From positions 1,145,512,001 to 1,145,576,000 of the forward strand of contig NW_027362761.1 in the NCBI RefSeq assembly GCF_046119375.1: a stretch of DNA of 64,000 nucleotides. The letters are read 5' to 3'. A program made the translations under genes and the position numbers. Positions 1-10,485 of this stretch are shown here, one piece after another; the first letter of the stretch is position 1; each line of letters starts with the position of its first letter. The notes beneath the pieces are model-generated. The model saw nothing but the letters and a program-made list of their open reading frames with translations. It ran no database searches and was not told where the DNA came from. The DNA is from Phyllobates terribilis (lineage: Eukaryota).

Positions 1-262
1 GAAAGAGAAATTCTGGAATACAGCGATGAGAAAATAGTGAAGGGGGAGAAAAAGACGCGCAGACATTGCAACTAATGACTGAGGACGGAGATCTGCAGAC
101 ACGGCTTTTATAGTGCAGGGAATTACACGAGATGTCATCTCAGCCCCGCCCACTGTCGTCTCCAGCCAATCACTGCGCATCCTCACTCTCGACTTCATAG
201 TTGACATTTCAACTCCTCTACAACCTACCTTGACTAGGTTGGCAGTATGACCTTGTCTCTTC

Positions 263-274
263 TGCGCATGCGCA
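263..274. promoter_or_regulatory. NRF1 palindrome in GRPEL1 promoter
   Basis: TGCGCATGCGCA about 110 bp upstream of the GRPEL1 ATG. NRF1 sites are typical of nuclear-encoded mitochondrial genes. CCAAT boxes lie at 166-170 and, reversed, at about 296-300. Confidence 0.65.
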
Positions 275-380
275 ACCCTATAGTCCCGCCGTCTGATTGG
301 TCGGAGTAGTAATTTGTTCGGTTGTGATACGGCTTGTCCTCTGCGTGCAGTGAGCGTGTGAGTGCTGAGAGGGGTCAGAC

Positions 381-454
381 ATGGCGTCCAGGGGCCTGCG
401 GATACTGGGGCACAACCTGAGCATCGTGCTGCGGGCACACAGGGCGCCGCTGCG
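381..454 (+). CDS. GRPEL1: GrpE-like 1 mitochondrial co-chaperone, exon 1 (Arg-rich targeting peptide MASRGLRILGHNLSIVLRAHRAPLR)
   Basis: ATG at 381 in a CpG-rich region; donor GTAAGA at 455 (phase 2) joins in frame to exon 2. Confidence 0.85.
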
Positions 455-533
455 GTAAGAAGGAAGACACATTGCCCGCTGTAGTCGTCGTGGTAACGTG
501 CTTTTCTCCATAGTGCTTGTAGCGGGAATGGAG

Positions 534-552
534 GCATGCTGGGACTTGTAGT
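534..552 (-). promoter_or_regulatory. ZNF143/THAP11-type motif ACTACAAGTCCCAGCATGC in GRPEL1 intron 1
   Basis: Matches the ACTACAnnTCCCAGCATGC consensus, 80 bp into intron 1. Confidence 0.55.
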
Positions 553-1933
553 TCTCCAGGCACCAGTCCTATGCAGTGCAGTAGAGCTGTGTGCAGGCAC
601 CTGACTTTTATATAATGTACACACATTTATTTGTCAAAAATATAAAAAAATCATAGTTCTAAGCATTAGTAAAATGTCAGAAAAAAAACAACTTTTCATT
701 TATATGGTTTTCAACTTTTTTTTGGAAGTGATCATAAAACCATGATTCTTCCTCTTCGATCTCCATCGTTTTGGCGTTCTTCATATGCCATAAATCTGAT
801 ATTTTATTACTTATGACTGCTACGTACACGGCGATACCAAATCTGATATTATTCATTACTTTATAGAGTTTATTTACATTCCAGGAAAAGGGTGATGGGA
901 ACTTCTTATAAATCTTTATTTTACCATTTCTATTGGTTCCCATAGAAGACATTAAACAGCAATCATAATGTTATACAAGACACTGTAATACTGTAAGATC
1001 CCCTGTGACGTCCAGCGATATAAGGGTACAGACATGGTGGTCTTCAGTAGGCGCCCAGCTGCAATTACAATGCGCATTGACACTACAGTCATATTGCAGA
1101 GATGCCCATAGGGGGCAGAAGAAGGGGCACGTTTAACTGTTTCCGCTTGTATGTTGCTGTCATGACTGACAGCTGCATCTAAGGCATTAAACTGTAATGG
1201 AAGCTAGACTCTGGTGCTAGCTGTGTAACACAGCCGGCACCTGTGCTGTAGGTAGTCTGCTCTGGAGTTCCAAACTTGCAGTGGTACATCTGCTGTACAT
1301 GTCCAAAATTGCAACCTGGGCAGAGAGCCCTGCATCCCCCAGCACTGGGCTACTACCTGCTATTGGCAAAGTCTAGCCTACATCAGTGGCCGCAGCTTCT
1401 GCATTACCTGACGTTCGGTGTGATGGGCGGTGTATGGTATTCGCACACATGACGGCTCACTGAGCTGCGTAGCCGCCTCCGTTCATTATGTGACCCCTCG
1501 TCCTTGGATGCTGCCAGTGTCTGGTAATAGGCTGTGCTTGTACAGGGTTGCATCATCCCTCAGTTTTGGCCGGGGAGACTAATTCTCCATGATTGCATCA
1601 GTGCTTGCTTTATGGCCAGTAAATATTTCTAAAACGCGCACACACACACGTCTCATCCTTCCTTCTGTCTGGGGTTTTGAATATAAGGCAATCTGAGAAT
1701 GTGCGCAGAATTTACCATGTATCTTATTTCCTCACCATTTTCAGGAACTCTGTTGTCCAATAATTGGGACCATTGTAGACTTAAAAGACCTAAGCAGTGC
1801 TCTGTGATCACAACTGCTCATACTCTGGCTTGATGCCCGCAATCTGCACCCATACACTGTAGCAAACTAACAGAACAAGGCAGCAATATGTGCAGCTAAA
1901 GTATGCGTCTCCTAGATGATTGCCTAGACTTAA

Positions 1934-2247
1934 AGGGGTTGTCCGGCTTTAGGGTACAATTGTGCAGTCACTCTGCAGACTTGTGAATCCTCACAGCGCA
2001 CAATGTGAGGATTTTTCAGTGCCAGTGCTGATTTGCATACTTCTGGCCACATTCCCACTAGATGTGTACTGAGCGAGGCTGCACACTTCTAGTCGGCATG
2101 TGTCCCCATGTATGCAAATTACATACTTGCGGTCAAACACCTGGCACCAGAGAATGCTCCCAGCGCGCAGTGCATGCGGTTTGAGGATTCACAAGTCTGC
2201 AGTCACATAGTGACTGCACACTTGTACCTTAAGGCCCGATCACCCTT
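1934..2247. mobile_element. TTAA-flanked palindromic MITE (T2/Kolobok type)
   Basis: TTAA-AGGGGTTGTCC... and ...ATCACCCTT-TTAA termini; internal inverted arms (gacttgtgaatcctca / tgaggattcacaagtc). Confidence 0.65.
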
Positions 2248-2386
2248 TTAACATAATGGTAACAGAATTGTCTATTCTAATGCTGCAAAATAATTTCAAG
2301 TTAAATGCATTTTTAGCAAAAATAGACTTTAACACTATAATGATAGGGTCGGGCAATAACCTAGTTTCTTGCTTTTTGTACATTAG

Positions 2387-2540
2387 GACGTGTCCACAGC
2401 TGATGTGCACAGCGGCTCAGCAGCCACATAACCCGGTACCGGAGAGCGAGGAGGAAAAGGGTAAAAAGCAAGGAGAGGAGAGCACAGAACAGCTGAGCGC
2501 AGAGAAGGCGAAGCTGGAAGATCAAGTGAAAGAGGTTACG
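2387..2540 (+). CDS. GRPEL1: GRPEL1 exon 2
   Basis: Acceptor ttAG at 2385-2386, donor GTAAGA at 2541; encodes ...LMCTAAQQ...EKAKLEDQVKEVT. Confidence 0.9.
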
Positions 2541-2826
2541 GTAAGAAAAAAACCCATCTGCAGAACACTGGTCTGGCTGCCACATCAGTGGTCCGTGGCC
2601 ACCAAACTAGAGCCATGCAAACCTCCAACTCCCTGCAAAAATCCCCGCCACCTCTTCTGATTCTTATGCCCTCTGCCACATTATGGGCGCTCCTGCTAAT
2701 CAGATGAGGCTCCAGGGATGCAGGTAGGAGAAAGTTCAGAGCTCTGGTCCGGCAGCCATGGTCCTTTTTGATCATCTTTCAGCAACCTATGGGTATCTAA
2801 TAAACTGCTTGTCTTTGTGCCTCCAG

Positions 2827-2908
2827 GATAAATACAAGCGGGCCTTAGCAGATACAGAGAACCTGAGGCAAAGGAGCCAAAAAATGATGGAAGATGCAAA
2901 ATTGTACG
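2827..2908 (+). CDS. GRPEL1: GRPEL1 exon 3
   Basis: cAG|GAT; encodes DKYKRALADTENLRQRSQKMMEDAKLY(G); donor GTGAGT at 2909. Confidence 0.95.
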
Positions 2909-3025
2909 GTGAGTAGCCAGCATCGCTTGTCGCTCACACAGCCGGCTGACTTAACAGACATTTATGGCACAGGCTATAGATGTAATGGAGACCGATTTTA
3001 TATTTTTATGTCCTTATATCTGAAG

Positions 3026-3372
3026 GAATACAAGGATTCTGCAAGGATTTACTGGAAGTGGCGGACATCTTGGAGAAAGCGACTCAGAGCGTCCCCAAGG
3101 AAGAAATCAAGGATGAGAACCCTCATCTGAAGAACCTCTACGAGGGGCTGCTGATGACCGAAGTCCAGATGCAAAAAGTTTTTAAGAAGCACGGAATAGT
3201 CCAGATCAACCCAGTGGGCGCCAAGTTTGATCCGTACGAGCACGAAGCCTTATTTCACAGCCCGGTGGAGGGCAAGGAGCCGGGCACAGTAGCCTTAGTC
3301 ACTAAAGTGGGCTACAAGCTGCATGAACGTACATTGAGGCCGGCCCTGGTAGGAGTCGTGAAAGGAACATAA
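3026..3372 (+). CDS. GRPEL1: GRPEL1 exon 4 (last coding exon)
   Basis: Encodes IQGFCKDLLEVADILEKA...FDPYEHEALFH...GYKLHERTLRPALVGVVKGT*, the GrpE signature. Spliced CDS is 657 nt (218 aa). Candidate AATAAA at 3720-3725. Confidence 0.97.
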
Positions 3373-4652
3373 GTCCGTTTTTAATATCCATGTTGTATCG
3401 ACGCTAAGAAGAGTATTTTATTAGTTCATTCCACCAATTTTAGGAATATTAACGCCCCTTCAAATTAGGCTGGAAATGATTAATGTCGCAGGAGAAAAGC
3501 TGATGACTATCATCATATACCGGAGGCCAGAACTGGGCTCTGCCAGCAGCGGCTTTTACTTAGACTTTCATTCCAATATTGTGTTCCTATCGGACAGCAG
3601 ATGATGCTGTCGGACTGAATGTTGCATATAATTATTATTCTGATGATGTCTGGTCTGTACGCTGCAGTTACAGCCTGTCTGTTCTCTTGCAGCTCGCGTT
3701 TCTGGGATATATTACCCTGAATAAATATTTTTCACAATATATCATTTATTAGTGCTATAAACAAGATGCTTTCTCTGCCGTCCTCTTCTCTAAAGTCCAA
3801 TATCTACATCATTTAAGGTGCAAATTTTGTACTGAGAAATATCCTAATCTTTATAGTGATCAGATCCAAGCACAAAGGAAGTTAAAGGCAATAGGCACAT
3901 TCAGGGGATTTTTTTTTTTACTTAAAGGAAACCTGTCACCAGGTCAAAAGTCACCTGTTTTTGCTCGTATTTTATTCTCACGCCTCTCCTGAGTATTCAG
4001 TTTATCTTCTAAAAATCCCCCATATGGTTCCAGCCTTTTAATTTAGTGCTTACTTTTATGATCTTTACAAGGGGGCGTGGCTCAGTGTAGTGATGCAGAG
4101 CAGCTGTGAGGCACGCCCCTGGGGGATCCCGTGAGGCACGCCCCTGGGGGATCCTGTGAGGCACGCCCCCTTGTAAAGACCATCCAATTTAACACTAAAT
4201 AAAAAGGATTTTTTGGAATCTGCCATATTGGTACCAGAGATTCCAAAAAAGATCAAATCAGAATATTTAAGGGAGAATAAAATAAGAATAAAAACTGGAC
4301 ACTTTTTTGGCAATGTGCTGGGTCTTCTTAAAAGGATTATTCCCACAATGGCATCTTTTTTTAAAGGCACATGAGTATGTTTAAATCCCTTCATGACTTT
4401 GCAATTTTTTTGTTTTTCCGTCAATATGGCCGTATTAGGGCTTGTTTTTTGCGGAACGACTTGTACTTTTGATTGACACAATTGATTTTACCATATAGTG
4501 TACTGGAAAATAAAATTCCAAGTCTGTTGAAATTGCAAAAAAGTGCAACTCCACAATTGTTTTTTTTTTTTTTTTTTTACCATGTTCACCATATGGTAAA
4601 ACTGACCTGGCAATATTCTCCATGTCAGTACAAGTACACCGATAAACATATA

Positions 4653-6195
4653 CACTGTGTGCAGAATTATTAGGAAAGTTGTATTTTAGAGGATTATTTT
4701 TATTACTGATCAACAACTATGTTCTCAATCAACCCAAAAGACTCCTAAATATCCAAGCTTAATATTTTTGGAAGTTGGAGTGGGTTTTTTTTAGATTTGG
4801 CTATCTTAGGAGGATATCTGTTTGTGCGGGTAACTATTACTGTGCAGAATTATTAGGCAACTTTAATAAAAACCAAATATAATCCCATCTCACTTGTTTA
4901 TTTTCACCAGGTAAACCAACATCAGTGCACAAAATTTAGAAATAAACATTTCTGACATGCAAAAACAAAAACCCAAAAAATTAGTGATGAATATAGCCAC
5001 CTTTCTTTATGATGACACTCAGCAGCCTTCCATCCATAGATTCTGTCAGTTGCTTGATCTGTTTTCGATCAACATTGCATGCAGCAGCCACCACAGCCTC
5101 CCAGACTCTGTTCCGAGAGGTGTACTGTTTTCCCTCCCTGTAGATCTCACATTTTATGATGGACCACAGGTTCTCTATGGGGTTCAGATCAGGTGAACAA
5201 GGGGGCCATGTCATTATTTTTTCTTCTTTTAGACCTTTACTGGCCAGCCACGCTGTGGAGTAGTTGTATGCATGTGATGGAGCATTGTCCTGCATGAAAA
5301 TCATGTTTTTCTTGAACGATACTGACTTCTTCCTGTACCACTGCTTGAAGAAGTTGTCTTCCAGAAACTGGCAGTAGGTCTGGGAGTTGAGCTTCACTCC
5401 ATCCTCAACCCTAAAAGGGCCCACAAGTTCATCTTTGATGATACCAGCCCATACCAGTACCCCACCTCCACCTTGCTGGCGTCTGAGTCGGAGTGGAGCT
5501 CTCTGCCCTTTACTGATCCAGCCTCTGGCCCATCCATCTGGCCCATCAAGAGTCACTCTCATTTCATCAGTCCATAAAACCTTTGAAAAATCAGTCTTAA
5601 GATAAAACGTCAAGAATGGGCCAAGAAATATCTTATGTTTCTTGTTCAAAGGTGGTCGTTTCTCAGCCTTCCTTACCTTGGCCATGTCCCTGAGTATCGC
5701 ACACCTTGTGCTTTTTGATACTCCAGTAACGTTGCAGCTCTGAAATATGGCAAAACTGGTGGCGAATGGCATCTTGGCAGCTTCACGCTTGATTTTCCTC
5801 AATTCATGGGCAGTTATTTTGCGCCTTTTTTGGCCAACATGCTTCTTGCGACCCTGTTGGCTATTTGCCATGAAATGCTTGAAAAGTTTGGAAATTTCAA
5901 GACTGCTGCATCCCTCTGCAAGACATCTCACAATTTTGGACTTTTCAGAGCCCGTCAAATCTCTCTTCTGACCCATTTTGCCAAAGGAAAGGAAGTTGCC
6001 TAATAATTAAGCACACCTTATATATGGTGTTGATGTCATTAGTCAACACCCCTCCTCATTACAGAGACGCACATCACCAGATTTACTTAATTGGTAGTTG
6101 GCTCTCAAGCCTATGCAGCTTGGAGTAGGACAATATGTATAAAAAGTATCAAAGTGATCAAAATACGCATTTGCCTAATAATTTTGCACACAGTG
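4653..6195 (-). mobile_element. Tc1/mariner DNA transposon, DD37E (TRT-like), 1543 bp
   Basis: TA target duplication at 4651-52 and 6196-97; TIR CACTGTGTGCA(G/A)AATTATTAGG; inner repeats at about 4839-4860 and 5996-6016; transposase ORF 4981-5976. Confidence 0.92.
4981..5976 (-). CDS. Tc1-family transposase, 331 aa, open frame but probably defective
   Basis: Motifs WTDE, QDNAPSH and SPDLNPIEN, with 37 residues between the second D and E. Contains an in-frame 24-bp inversion (5605-5628) and an apparent short deletion in the N-terminal HTH. Confidence 0.85.
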   Translation of the reverse strand: MGQKRDLTGSEKSKIVRCLAEGCSSLEISKLFKHFMANSQQGRKKHVGQKRRKITAHELRKIKREAAKMPFATSFAIFQSCNVTGVSKSTRCAILRDMAKVRKAEKRPPLNKKHKIFLGPFLTFYLKTDFSKVLWTDEMRVTLDGPDGWARGWISKGQRAPLRLRRQQGGGGVLVWAGIIKDELVGPFRVEDGVKLNSQTYCQFLEDNFFKQWYRKKSVSFKKNMIFMQDNAPSHAYNYSTAWLASKGLKEEKIMTWPPCSPDLNPIENLWSIIKCEIYREGKQYTSRNRVWEAVVAAACNVDRKQIKQLTESMDGRLLSVIIKKGGYIHH

Positions 6196-9100
6196 TAGTG
6201 TTTTTATTTTAAAAAAAAATCTAGAAATTTGAAGGAAACATTTTTTTTTTGCTTTTGTAGTTTTTTTTTCAAGACTTGTAACATTTTTTATTTTTTGGGG
6301 CAGATAAGATGTTTTGATGTCCTCCTTATTGCATTTTCAAAAAATAATATTGTAAAAAAATCTAATCTTTATTAATCCATCAGGAGACTATTAAAATCAT
6401 TCAGACCCCACTAGAAATCCGTGAGACACAGACCGACACGTTTCATTAGAATGTTTTAATCGTGAATTTTATTGCGATTTTGTGGCAGACAAAATAACGT
6501 AATTCTGGCGTTTTGATTTTTTTTTTCTTACACTGTTTACTGATCTGATTAATTTACTTTATTGTACTTTAACTAGCACAGCGCTACCAAATAGGTGCAT
6601 TTTTATTTATTTTTTTAAAAGAGTGGTGATTTGAACTTGGTTTTTATTTATTTAATATTTCTAAAAGGGGGAACTTGCGTCACAGGCACCCCGATGGGAG
6701 CGTAGAATGACGCCCCTGCCTGCCGATGTGTGTTAAATGCCGTTATCCGAGACGGACAGCAGGATTTAACAAGTTAATAGTCTCTGCTCCACCCGTAGCT
6801 GCTAAAGGCACATGATGGCTGATTAAATCATTTGCCGGGAAAGATGCGACCTTGGCATGTGAGCCATATGTCATGAAGGGGTTAAACAGGATTTCACACC
6901 CCAACCGTATGCATATGGTAGCTCTTTCAATGACAAGTCCAGCAATACCTTTACATGGCCAGTCCGGGCCTTTTATTATGGAGAATTCAGCTTTTGAATT
7001 GATATGAAAGATCCTCAACCTCATGTGCATATCAATTATAACACTAATTTCTCAGGAACGGATCGGCCATATAAAGGTATTGCTGGCCTTTTGTTTTCTT
7101 TTTAAGAGCTACATGCACATGTAAATAGTTTGGAGGATGAATCTTGCTGATTGTGTTTGTCTTATACCATATATTAAAAGGGAATCAATGTGTCTTACAC
7201 TGCTAAAACCACACTTGGCGCAGCGCTCTGCTTCTCCTCAGTGCTGCAGGCCCCCGCCCTCTGCTCTTCTGTGGTTACTGATAGATGGATCTGAGCAGGG
7301 GCAATTTTTATTTCTATGGATGAAGGGATCATTGATTTGTTTTGAATGTAGTAACTGTGATTAAATATTTAACAAATATTCATCACTATTTGCAACTTCA
7401 CATTTTATTTGGGTCCTTCGGAGCATGATCCTGTTCTCTTCTGCTTCCATAGCAGAGCTAAGCTTTACTGCAATGCAGCTGTCAGAGCAATGCAAATGCA
7501 GATAAATGGTGTAGGGTCATTAGGTGCATCTGAGCGTGCTCAACTTACAGCATTAGAATTACTGGAGATCGGATCCACTGGCAATGAAGGGTAAAGAGAG
7601 CCATGGAGGGCCATTATTGGGAGTTGTTTCACTTGATAATATTTTTGGTCCAAATGCTGTACATAAAAAAAACCAAAACGGACTGCACTCGGATCAATGT
7701 TATTCAATGTGGTGGTGCAGACATTAAAAATCCTTCCATTCTTGAGAACAGGATTTTTAATAGGAAGTAATTTGTATAGTTGCTTGTTTTTACTTTCTGT
7801 CGCCAAGTTTTTGCTACTCAATCTGAAACCCTGATTCCAGCGATGTCACTTACTGGGGGCTGCAGTTTTGATTAAAGAAAAAAAAAAACCAAAACCTTTA
7901 TCTGCATCAGATCTATCAGTTCTCTGAAGGCTGAGCCCTGTATAACTCCACCCACATCACTAATTGTGTGGGCGGAGTTATAGGCAAAGTGTACACAAAG
8001 CTGCCAATCAGTGATTGGGGCGTGGCTGGACTACCTGGCAGCAGATTTACTAGTCCTCTAGTGATAATCTCCTGCTGATTTAAAACACTGATTTTTATAA
8101 AAACTACACCAAGCAGCCCAGGAAGTGACACATTACTGGAGACAATGTCTCTGTCCCTACATCATGCTGCTCTCAGGTTTTGTCTTTAGAAACAAAATGA
8201 ACATATACCTGCCTATAAGGAAGTAAAAACAATAGTACCCTGCTACGTATATGCACTTAGGTAAGACTGGTTTGGATAAATTAAAAAAAGTGTAAAAGCC
8301 ACCCCACCAGCGCCCTGCTGTACCCAATCTGGACATTTGCTTCCCATTGCTGGGTGTTCATAGTCAGGCCCAGGTCCTGCTCGGCCCTTATTCACATTGA
8401 GGTAGGTTTTTGATACATGGTAAGGTTTTAATATTAGGTTAGGACTGTCCTACTGGGTACACCTTGGCACTGGTGGGAGGGCTTTTATACTTTTTTTTTT
8501 CTATTAAAAAGGGTTTACTAAGTCCCCTTTGTTATTTAAATGCACTATTGTTTATTACTTACAGGGTATATGTTCATTTTGTTTCTATCTTAGGTTTTCT
8601 CTGTTTAGTGCTCAGTGTGAACATGCTTCTACACATTGCATGTATACCAACTTATACTGCAGTTCATTTCTTTCGGCTTGCTCTTGGATTAGGTAGCACA
8701 TTCCCTTTAAAACAACCCCCTTTGGAAAATGTTGCCCCATTTCAGTTCTGTCCCCCTACTTATTGCTGACTGTGAAGTGAGGATACGGACAATCCATCAT
8801 TGAGCTCGTTCTGATAGTTTGCATCTTTTATATGACTTTTTGACTACGTTCCCACGATGAGCGTTTGCTGCGTTTTTGGCTCTAATTTTTCTGTGTCAAA
8901 AACTCAGCGTCTTACAGCTGCAGCAGAGGATGGGATTGTACATGCTAAGCTGGCAACCTCTTAATGATAGATGAAGATCTGAATAAAATGTAAGGTGGTT
9001 TTTTTTCTAAGTCCTCATCTCCATTGCAGATATCCAGTTGTAAAGTTTATAGACCAATTTCCACTAGAACAAAGAGGGGTGGTAGTAGACATTTGTCTCT

Positions 9101-10079
9101 GGGGGCTGTTACTTTTTTCTCCTGCATGATGTTGCCCAATCCTAAGCTGGAGACATCATGCAGAAGGGAGGAAAAAAAATGCTTTTTCCCAGAGAATGTC
9201 AAACCCGGCTTTCTCTGGATGATATGGTCTACTACTTACTTACAGCCAAAGCTATTGGACAATTCTCTATACTCCTCCTTCTAGACCTGTCCTCTGCCTT
9301 TGACACAGTTGACCACTGCCTCCGACTACAGATCCTCTCTTCCTTTGGCATCAAAGACCTTGCCCTATCCTGGATCTCCTCATACTTTTCCAACTGTGTC
9401 CCCACTCCCACACTACCTCCTCATCCCGCCCTCTCTCTGTTGGAGTCGCTTAAGGCTCTGTCCTAGGACCCCTACTCTTCTCCAGCTATACCCTTGGCCT
9501 GGGGCAACTCAAAGTCCCATGGCTTCCAGTACCATCTGCACACTGATAACACTCACATCTACCTCTATGGCCCAGACGTCACCTCTCTGCTGTCCAGAAT
9601 CCCAGCATGTCCATCAGCCATAACCACCTTCTCCTCTCGCTTCCTCAAGCTCAATGTGGACAAATCTCAACTCATCATCTTTCCTCCATCTCGCGCATCT
9701 TCCCCATCTGATCTATCACAGTAAACATCACGCTTTCCCTTGTACCAGAAATCCACTGCCTTGGTGTAGCCCCTTGACTCTGCCCTGTCCTTCAAACCGC
9801 ACATCCAAGCTCTCACCACCTCCTGTTGCCTCCAGCTCAAAAATATTTCCAGAATCCGTCCTTTCCTCAATCTACTAAACTGCTTGTGCATGCCCTCATC
9901 ATCTCCCGCCTCGACTACTGCAACATCCTCCTCTGTGGCCTCCCTGCTAACACTTTCGCACCTGTCCAGTCCATCCTTAACGCTGCTGCTGGACTAGTTC
10001 ATCTCTCTCCTCCTCTGCTCCCCCCCTTTACAAATCCTTTCACTGACTCCTAATTACCCAGCCTATCCAGTTCAAACTA

Positions 10080-10485
10080 TGCAAATTGTCTCTTCAGAGA
10101 GGAAGAGAACTAGAACTCTAGCGCCACCTACAGGAAGTAGCAATCCTAAAAGTCAATATTGACCCTTTAACATGACTTAGGATAAAAGCCAAGACCAGAA
10201 ACTCAATTTGCAGACACTGTTTCGGGGTACTGCCCCTCATCAGTGCAAAGTGTGAGATCTGGTTTGGCTGGGTGAAAGGCGTCAGACCGGTATCTAAACA
10301 GTAACGTTTCTTCTTGCGGAGAGCAACATGCTAAGCACGTCAAGGTGAGGAGACTGAGCCACAATGCTCCTCTGAGAAATATGAAAATTGTCTCTTCAGA
10401 GAGGAAGAGGCCTAGAACTCTAGTGCCACCTATTGGAAGTAGCGATCCTAAAAGTCAATACTGACCCTTTAACGAGTTTGAGCCC
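10080..10485 (-). mobile_element. Hammerhead-containing, terminally redundant non-coding retroelement (retrozyme / Penelope pLTR-like), copy 1
   Basis: 302-bp period (10080 repeated at 10382, about 95 bp redundant); probable target duplication gttcaaacta (10070-79) / gtttaaacta (10486-95); no ORF; hammerhead at 10207-10249. Confidence 0.75.
10207..10249 (-). ncRNA. Minimal type I hammerhead ribozyme
   Basis: Minus strand reads UUUGCA-CUGAUGA-GGGG(CAGUA)CCCC-GAA-ACAGUGU-C-UGCAAA. The complete core, 6-bp stem I, 4-bp stem II, palindromic short stem III and GUC cleavage triplet are all present. Confidence 0.88.

Larger units (their letters stand above)
4385..6881. mobile_element. piggyBac-type non-autonomous element hosting a Tc1 insertion
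   Basis: TTAA-(A)TCCCTTCATGAC left end and GTCATGAAGGGG-TTAA right end; colinear with the copy at 37115-39108. Confidence 0.7.

Noticed and set aside
2256-2660. 134-aa ORF as a standalone gene
   Set aside because: Only 2387-2540 is coding (GRPEL1 exon 2); the rest is intron read-through.
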